Assembly (NCBI GenBank): GCA_963835575.1
Contig: CAWIGG010000002.1
Location: 1,632,001-1,696,000, forward strand
Source: an uncultured Spirochaetota bacterium
GTDB lineage: Bacteria > Spirochaetota > Brevinematia > Brevinematales > JAOACQ01
DNA: 64,000 bases
Reading direction: 5' to 3'
Shown here: piece by piece, positions 58,444 through 64,000 of the stretch
How positions within the stretch are numbered: position 1 is the first letter of the stretch
Layout: the number at the start of each line of letters is the position of its first letter
Notes under the pieces: generated by a model
Database searches by the model: none
What the model saw: only the letters and a program-made list of their open reading frames with translations
What the model was told of the DNA's origin: nothing
Position numbers and translations under genes: made by a program

Positions 58444-58884
58444 TTAATAAATTAAAATCCGATAAATTCTAACTTCATATATCTTTGTTACCAGCTCAGC
58501 GATTTTCCCGCCGTCCCTATGAATTATCCCCCGAATAAACTTTACCTGGGAAATTTCTTCCGAAAGGAATCCTTTTATAGTCAATAAATCGCCTGAATTG
58601 ACCGTCTGATAAAACTCTGCTTCCTGAACACCGACAAATAAGCCTTTTACCGTTTTTTTATTATGGAACTTTTCATTATATCCCTGGATAGCAGCGACAA
58701 GCTGATTCACATACTCTATCAGAACACTATTGGATAATTGTTTATTATAATTTAAAAATATATTATCCGGATTGATAATTGCAGAACCTTCCCCATCTTC
58801 TATTTTTGATTTTATCAGTATTTCATCAAAACCCATTTTTCCTTTCTGGGGTATCAAATCCCTGATCTGGCATGGAAGACTCAT
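58444..58884 (-). CDS. Hotdog dehydratase-like domain (ApeP-like)
   Basis: LIPQKGKM..D, LIEYVNQ..AA, GLFVGV. Confidence 0.7.
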   Translation of the reverse strand: MSLPCQIRDLIPQKGKMGFDEILIKSKIEDGEGSAIINPDNIFLNYNKQLSNSVLIEYVNQLVAAIQGYNEKFHNKKTVKGLFVGVQEAEFYQTVNSGDLLTIKGFLSEEISQVKFIRGIIHRDGGKIAELVTKIYEVRIYRILIY

Positions 58885-58897
58885 TTAATTATTCCCC

Positions 58898-60490
58898 TTA
58901 AATTTCAAAAATATCCCTGTGATTCAATATGTCTTTTTCAAATATTAAATCCAGAAAGTTAGTCAGCATATCATGGAAAACTGTTTTGCCGTTATAAACT
59001 GTAAAGTGAGAGACCAGCTTTTTATAATAACCGGATATCCCTTTTCCCATTTTAGACGGATCTTTGAAAGACATTGCCTGTAAATCAGCCAATATTTCCA
59101 ATGTGAGAATGTACTTCAGATTGCATACCTGTGTATATACTTTTCGCGCGGCGACAGTTCCCATACTGACAACATCCTGATTGGATGAATTACATGAGAT
59201 ATTATTTGTGCTGACCGGGTTTGCCAGCTGCCGGTTTTCCGCTGTGGTGGACGTGGCAAGATATTGCGCTCCCATAAATCCCATGTCGAGCCCCCTTATA
59301 CCGCTGATTAAATACTCGGGCAGCTCTCCATTTAACTTGCTGTCCAATAATGTATTTAATCTTCTTTCAGAGATATTCGACATTGTAGAGAGGGCAATTG
59401 CCAGACTATCCATATAAAATCCAATACTCTGTCCATGGAAGTTTCCGCCATGCAGTATCTTATTTTCTTCAGGAATGATAATAGGATTATCATTGGATGA
59501 ATTCGCTTCCAGGACAACAATATTTTCCGCTGTCTCTATCGCTTCATAAACCGGGGCCAAAACTTGCGGAGTACATCTTATGGAGTAAACATTTTGAATA
59601 AATATGCTGGTTTCAAAAACATGATCATCTCCATTTGCTTCTTCCCTGATAATCTCATGTAAATCAGACCGGTTGACAACATTTTTGGAACCCGCGACCA
59701 GCTCTCTTAAAATTTTAGCGATTTTTATCTGTCCCCGGTGGGGTTTGAGTTGATGGAGCGTTTCATCCAGGAAATCGCTGATACTGTTAAATATTTCTAT
59801 TGAAAAAGCCGCGGCAATGCATTCCACCGCCAGAGCATGTTTCGCATGATAAACCGCAAACGCTGCGATTGCGGTCATTACCGATGTCCCGTTGATCAGG
59901 GCAATACCTTCTTTTAAACCCAGTTTAAAAGGCTTTAATTTTGTCAGCCGGAAAGCTTCTTCTGCTTTTATTAATTTACCTTTATAAAAAACCTGCCCTT
60001 CCCCGATTAACATGAGAGCCAGATGGGAAAGATGGATCAAATCGCCGGAAGCTCCGACGCTTCCCCGGCTGGGAATATAGGGGGCTATCTGGTGATTTAT
60101 CACTTCGGTCATAAATTCCAATAATTCCACGCGGACCCCTGAATACCCTTTTATTAAAGAATTAAGCCGTACAGCGACAGCGGCCAGGGCGATGGTATGA
60201 TGAATGGGTTCCCCTAATCCGGCAGCATGGCTCCGGACAAGGTTTTCCTGAAGAAGCTCAATAGAATCATCATGAACTATTTTATTGCACATGGAACCAA
60301 ATGAGGTATTAACTCCATAAACAATATTTCCATCTTTAATCTTTTTCAGGAGGAATTCCCTGCTGGCCCTGCATTTTTCTAATGAGTTCTTGTTCAAAGC
60401 AGCTTGCTTTTCACCGGATCCAATCGCTACAATATCATCTATAGTAAGATTATCTCCGTCCAAAATAACAGATTTGTTCTGATTGTTCAT
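58898..60490 (-). CDS. Aromatic amino acid ammonia-lyase (HAL/TAL/PAL family)
   Basis: YGVNTSFG, GSVGASGDL (MIO), KEGIALING, YSIRC.PQV, GGNFHG, NQDVVSM. Confidence 0.93.
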   Translation of the reverse strand: MNNQNKSVILDGDNLTIDDIVAIGSGEKQAALNKNSLEKCRASREFLLKKIKDGNIVYGVNTSFGSMCNKIVHDDSIELLQENLVRSHAAGLGEPIHHTIALAAVAVRLNSLIKGYSGVRVELLEFMTEVINHQIAPYIPSRGSVGASGDLIHLSHLALMLIGEGQVFYKGKLIKAEEAFRLTKLKPFKLGLKEGIALINGTSVMTAIAAFAVYHAKHALAVECIAAAFSIEIFNSISDFLDETLHQLKPHRGQIKIAKILRELVAGSKNVVNRSDLHEIIREEANGDDHVFETSIFIQNVYSIRCTPQVLAPVYEAIETAENIVVLEANSSNDNPIIIPEENKILHGGNFHGQSIGFYMDSLAIALSTMSNISERRLNTLLDSKLNGELPEYLISGIRGLDMGFMGAQYLATSTTAENRQLANPVSTNNISCNSSNQDVVSMGTVAARKVYTQVCNLKYILTLEILADLQAMSFKDPSKMGKGISGYYKKLVSHFTVYNGKTVFHDMLTNFLDLIFEKDILNHRDIFEI

Positions 60491-60491
60491 A

Positions 60492-61799
60492 TTATGCTTC
60501 CTTTCTCATATCAAAAAATATTTGTCTTTTCCTTTTTCCGGAAGGCAGCGTCTTTTTTAATAATTCATCATTATCAATGACTTTCAATTCCGGCACGACC
60601 CTTAATCCCGCCCGGAACTGTTCTTTCAGCTTTTCAAGATCATAATTCTTTTTAGCATTCGACATGACAGCCACCACCCGGTCTTCCCCGAATTCAGCCG
60701 AATAAACTTCCACATAACATCCCGCAAAATCGGGGTTCGCTTCAACAATAGAAACAATTGAATTGGGAAAAACCACCGTTCCTTTGTATTTGAGCATCTG
60801 TGATTTTCTGCCCAGAACGGGAGCGATCCGTTTGGTTGTTCTTCCGCAGGAACAGTTTTCATTAATGATAAACGATATATCCCCTGTTTTGAATCTCATG
60901 AGAGGCATTCCCTGTACGCCTAACGGACTAACAACCACTTCTCCGATTTCGCCGTCAGCCAATTCGTTTCCTTCATCATCGACTATTTCCACATAAATCA
61001 GTTCCGGCCTGAAATGTCCGCCCTGTCTGTGCTGACATTCACAAAAAGTCGATGCCATTTCCGTGGAGGCGTAAGTTGAATAGAGGGGCGCATTCCACAA
61101 TTGTTCAATACGGCTGCTGGATGGAAGAAGGTTCAGCTTTTTATCCCTGATAGGTTCGCCAATCGCTAAAATCCTCTGTACTTTTAAAGCGGCCGGATCC
61201 TCGCCCTCATCAATTGCGTATGCAGCCACATTGGCTAAAACTGAAGGCACTCCAATCAAAACCGTCGGATGATGAATTTTAATAATGTTCCAGATATGCT
61301 GCGAGCCTGACGCCCCGACCCTGATCATATGTGTGCCCAACTTTACACCGCCTAAAAAATACGCCAGTCCTGCCATAAATCCGCGCTCAAGCGCGACACA
61401 GACCGCCATTGTGTCCTCTCTTCTGACTCCGGCAATCTGAAATGCCACCTGCTCATTATATGTCAGACGGTCCAGGTCGCTTTTAGTCAAAAGAAAATTA
61501 ACGGGGGTCGTCCCTTCTGTTGCGGAAGTAAAACAGGTATCAACAATATCCACTTCTGGAACGGCAAGAAAGTCATTATTATATTTTAATAAGTCATCTT
61601 TAAGTGTGAAACCGATTTTTGAAAAATCTTTCAGGGATGTGAATTCTCTAATTGAATTGCCTGATCGTTTTTTATAAAACGGGCTTTCCTTCAGGCAATA
61701 ATTCACCTGCTCAATGAGACAACTCTCCTGCAGCCGGTCAGATTTCTCCCTTTTCTCATATTGAAAATCAAAATCGTCCTGCCATAGCATTTTATTCAT
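60492..61799 (-). CDS. Phenylacetate-CoA-ligase-like aryl-CoA ligase
   Basis: TSATEG, IGEP, YASTE, PLMRFKTGD, GRKSQMLKYKG..VFP. Confidence 0.88.
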   Translation of the reverse strand: MNKMLWQDDFDFQYEKREKSDRLQESCLIEQVNYCLKESPFYKKRSGNSIREFTSLKDFSKIGFTLKDDLLKYNNDFLAVPEVDIVDTCFTSATEGTTPVNFLLTKSDLDRLTYNEQVAFQIAGVRREDTMAVCVALERGFMAGLAYFLGGVKLGTHMIRVGASGSQHIWNIIKIHHPTVLIGVPSVLANVAAYAIDEGEDPAALKVQRILAIGEPIRDKKLNLLPSSSRIEQLWNAPLYSTYASTEMASTFCECQHRQGGHFRPELIYVEIVDDEGNELADGEIGEVVVSPLGVQGMPLMRFKTGDISFIINENCSCGRTTKRIAPVLGRKSQMLKYKGTVVFPNSIVSIVEANPDFAGCYVEVYSAEFGEDRVVAVMSNAKKNYDLEKLKEQFRAGLRVVPELKVIDNDELLKKTLPSGKRKRQIFFDMRKEA

Positions 61800-62065
61800 A
61801 GTTCACCTCAGTGAAATAAGCGGTCTGGATTTCCACTCTACCGGAACTTTTCCTTCTTTGTTTTTTTTCATCCCGGCCGTTTCTTGTCCCTGGTATATCA
61901 GCAAAATAAAACATCCGCAATCTTTCACAACTTCTCAAAAAAACCGTGTTCTTACAGTCTTTTGTCAGGTATAATAAAATAGAGTCCCAAGCAAAAACGG
62001 GCTGCCTGGACCAATCCAATAATAATTCAGTCATCCGAATCGAATCTAACTCAATAATGATGGAA

Positions 62066-62320
62066 TTAAGGTCTCTTGGATTCTATATAATTAAGAATAT
62101 CCTGAATACTTCTAATCTTACTGATAACAGGACCGTCATTAGCCCGGTCTATTTTAAAATTAAAAGCTTTTTCCAGCGCTACGATCAAATCCACACTATC
62201 CAGGCTGTCCAATCCCAGCTCATCAAAAATCAAGGCTTCTTTGGCGACTAATTTCTCCTCAATTTCAAATTCATCAACAAAAACCTTTTTTACTTTCTGA
62301 AATATCTCATTTGTTTCCAT
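62066..62320 (-). CDS. Acyl carrier protein
   Basis: LGLDSLDSVDL. Confidence 0.95.
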   Translation of the reverse strand: METNEIFQKVKKVFVDEFEIEEKLVAKEALIFDELGLDSLDSVDLIVALEKAFNFKIDRANDGPVISKIRSIQDILNYIESKRP

Positions 62321-63566
62321 TATCATATCTCCTTAACAATAATATGGAATTTATTCCGCCAAAAGCGAAACTGTCTTTCATAATCAAATTCGGTTTGATA
62401 TCTATAAATTCTCTTAAATAGTTTATTTTTCCGCAATTCTCATCAGGGTTTTTTAAATTTTTTGTTGGAACAAGACGTCCCTTTTCCAGCATCTTGAGGC
62501 AGACAATTAATTCAAGAGCGGCGCTCGCTCCCAAGGTATGGCCAATATGGCCTTTTAAACTGCTGACATAGGGATTATATCCCTTACCATTAAATACAGT
62601 TTCCAGGGCTTTTGATTCTTCACAATCGCCGAGAACCGTCCCGGTGCCATGCGCATTTATATAATCAATTTCTGAAGGAGAAATACCCGATTCTGATAAG
62701 AGCCTCTCAATACCCGCTATCAGTTCTTCTTCCGTCACGCGGGTCATATGTTCCCCGCTGGAAAAAGTACAGAAACCCGCTATTTCCCCAAGGATCTTTG
62801 CCCCTCTCTTTTTTGCGTTTTCCTCGCTCTCAAGGACAAGTGCGCCGCCGCCTTCTCCGCAGACCGTTCCATCTCTATCTTTATCAAACGGCTTTGGAGT
62901 CTCCTCCGGTTTATCATTATAATGAAAAGATGCCGCCTGCAGTAAATCAAAAGTAGCGCTGGTTGTCACATGGAGTTCTTCCGCGCCTCCGCATACCATC
63001 CCTTTCTGCAGGCCGTATTTCACCGCTTCATAGGCTAATCCGATCGATTGCGCCGCTGATGAACAAGCGCTGCAAGGCGACAGTACCCTTCCTTTAACAT
63101 TAAAATAACATGCGATATTTGCTGCTGTGGTATGGGACATAATTTGAAAAAATTGTCCGGATTTAATTGAGGAAAGACTTTTTTCCTGTTTTAACCGGTA
63201 AGCAAAATCATAAATTGATTTGCTGCTCCCTGTTGTTGAGGAAAAAGCCACTCCATAATCTCCCGACATAAAATGCTCTTCTTTTAATCCGGCCATATTG
63301 ACCGCTTCTTCTGCGGACAGGCAGGCAAGTATTGAAGTCCTTCCCATGTTCCTGCGTAAATCGCGGGGTATTCTTTTTTCATTTAAGTCAGCTGTGATCA
63401 CGCCTCCAACTTCGCATAACATGTCAGTAATGCATTCTTTCCAGCTGCTGCCGACATTGATGATACCCGAACGGTTTGAAAACATCCCTTCTGAGAGAGC
63501 CTCAACCCCGATTCCGAATGGGGAAACAGCTCCCATACCGGTTATAACAACTTTATTTTCTTTCAT
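62307..63566 (-). CDS. Beta-ketoacyl synthase (FabF-like)
   Basis: SACSSA, HGTGT, GHTLG; PFDKDRDG; AFGGIN. Confidence 0.95.
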   Translation of the reverse strand: MKENKVVITGMGAVSPFGIGVEALSEGMFSNRSGIINVGSSWKECITDMLCEVGGVITADLNEKRIPRDLRRNMGRTSILACLSAEEAVNMAGLKEEHFMSGDYGVAFSSTTGSSKSIYDFAYRLKQEKSLSSIKSGQFFQIMSHTTAANIACYFNVKGRVLSPCSACSSAAQSIGLAYEAVKYGLQKGMVCGGAEELHVTTSATFDLLQAASFHYNDKPEETPKPFDKDRDGTVCGEGGGALVLESEENAKKRGAKILGEIAGFCTFSSGEHMTRVTEEELIAGIERLLSESGISPSEIDYINAHGTGTVLGDCEESKALETVFNGKGYNPYVSSLKGHIGHTLGASAALELIVCLKMLEKGRLVPTKNLKNPDENCGKINYLREFIDIKPNLIMKDSFAFGGINSILLLRRYDNGNK

Positions 63567-64000
63567 TGTTTTATTACCTTTGACCAGAATTCATCGGTTT
63601 CACACAGTTCAAAAGCCAGACTGAAAGCGGAAATCATGGATCCCAGGAAACCCGGATAAATTGCCTGCCCCACCAGATACAATCCCCTGATAGGCACTTT
63701 GTGCTGGAATCCAATCGAATTCAATGTTTGTTTAATACCGTATGCCGATCCATTGATTGTCTTGGTATAACGTTCAAAAGACCAGGGTTTCAAATAATCC
63801 AATAATACCGTCTTCCCTTTCAATTCCGGAATTCTGTTATATAATATCTTTTCAATCAATTGGAATTTTTCATCCGCGAGCGTCTTTTTCTCTTCCTCAC
63901 TTGCCGGGGAGCTTCTATCATCATCTGCCATAAAGACGCTGAAAATCATCTTCTCATTTTTTTCACCGGAATGATTTTTAGTTGTACCGACGACAATATT
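63563..64000 (-). CDS. Phytoene-desaturase-like FAD oxidoreductase, C-terminal part (5' end outside window)
   Basis: P.SFERYT...GSAYG, GLYLVGQ..PG..G..ISA. Confidence 0.7.
   Translation of the reverse strand, partial: NIVVGTTKNHSGEKNEKMIFSVFMADDDRSSPASEEEKKTLADEKFQLIEKILYNRIPELKGKTVLLDYLKPWSFERYTKTINGSAYGIKQTLNSIGFQHKVPIRGLYLVGQAIYPGFLGSMISAFSLAFELCETDEFWSKVIKQ

Noticed and set aside
61792..62034. 80-aa ORF between the ACP and the CoA ligase
   Set aside because: No recognisable motif or clear RBS; may be a small gene or remnant but unsupported
340..63624. Many short ORFs antisense or out of frame to well-supported genes (e.g. 6201-6815, 9626-10084, 25930-26397, 54482-55036)
   Set aside because: Shadow ORFs overlapping genes with clear family motifs
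45107..64000. tRNA-anchored genomic island containing the lipid cluster
   Set aside because: No integrase and no duplicated tRNA 3' end seen in the window; cannot be excluded beyond it
49728..64000. Calling the product a ladderane lipid
   Set aside because: Similar gene sets occur in non-anammox organisms; the product cannot be assigned from sequence

Overview
Bacterial chromosomal window, probably from a spirochaete-like organism (inferred from tRNA-Arg(GCG), homodimeric-type GlyQS and a sigma54-type promoter on an RpoS-like sigma gene). Backbone: an RDD-SpoIIM-DUF4129-DUF4350-MoxR-DUF58 operon, trxA, glyQS, alr, fba, pyrD, truB, HU, gatC, trmB, add, three tRNAs and c-di-GMP/two-component genes. 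Eight full-length IS copies lie in intergenic space (IS110, IS1182, an IS1182/IS5-like element, IS66, two IS256, IS5, IS1380), all with readable ends, plus several MITEs. Highlights: (1) an IS110 element at 10912-14241 whose bridge RNA, four guide segments, CT core and circle-junction promoter can be read from the sequence; its recombinase has Thr/Asn at the usual Ser/Asp catalytic positions, it sits in a periodic repeat arm, and IS1182 has inserted between the bridge RNA and the recombinase RBS; (2) an integrase-less integron-like cassette whose promoter was raised to perfect consensus by IS256 and whose attC was hit by a mini-IS1182; (3) a family of 8-10-nt-periodic inverted repeat arms bracketing cargo; (4) a type II FAS/PKS lipid cluster (aryl-polyene/ladderane-type gene set with two B12 radical SAM enzymes) running off the right edge. 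All family calls come from motif recognition by eye; no searches were run.
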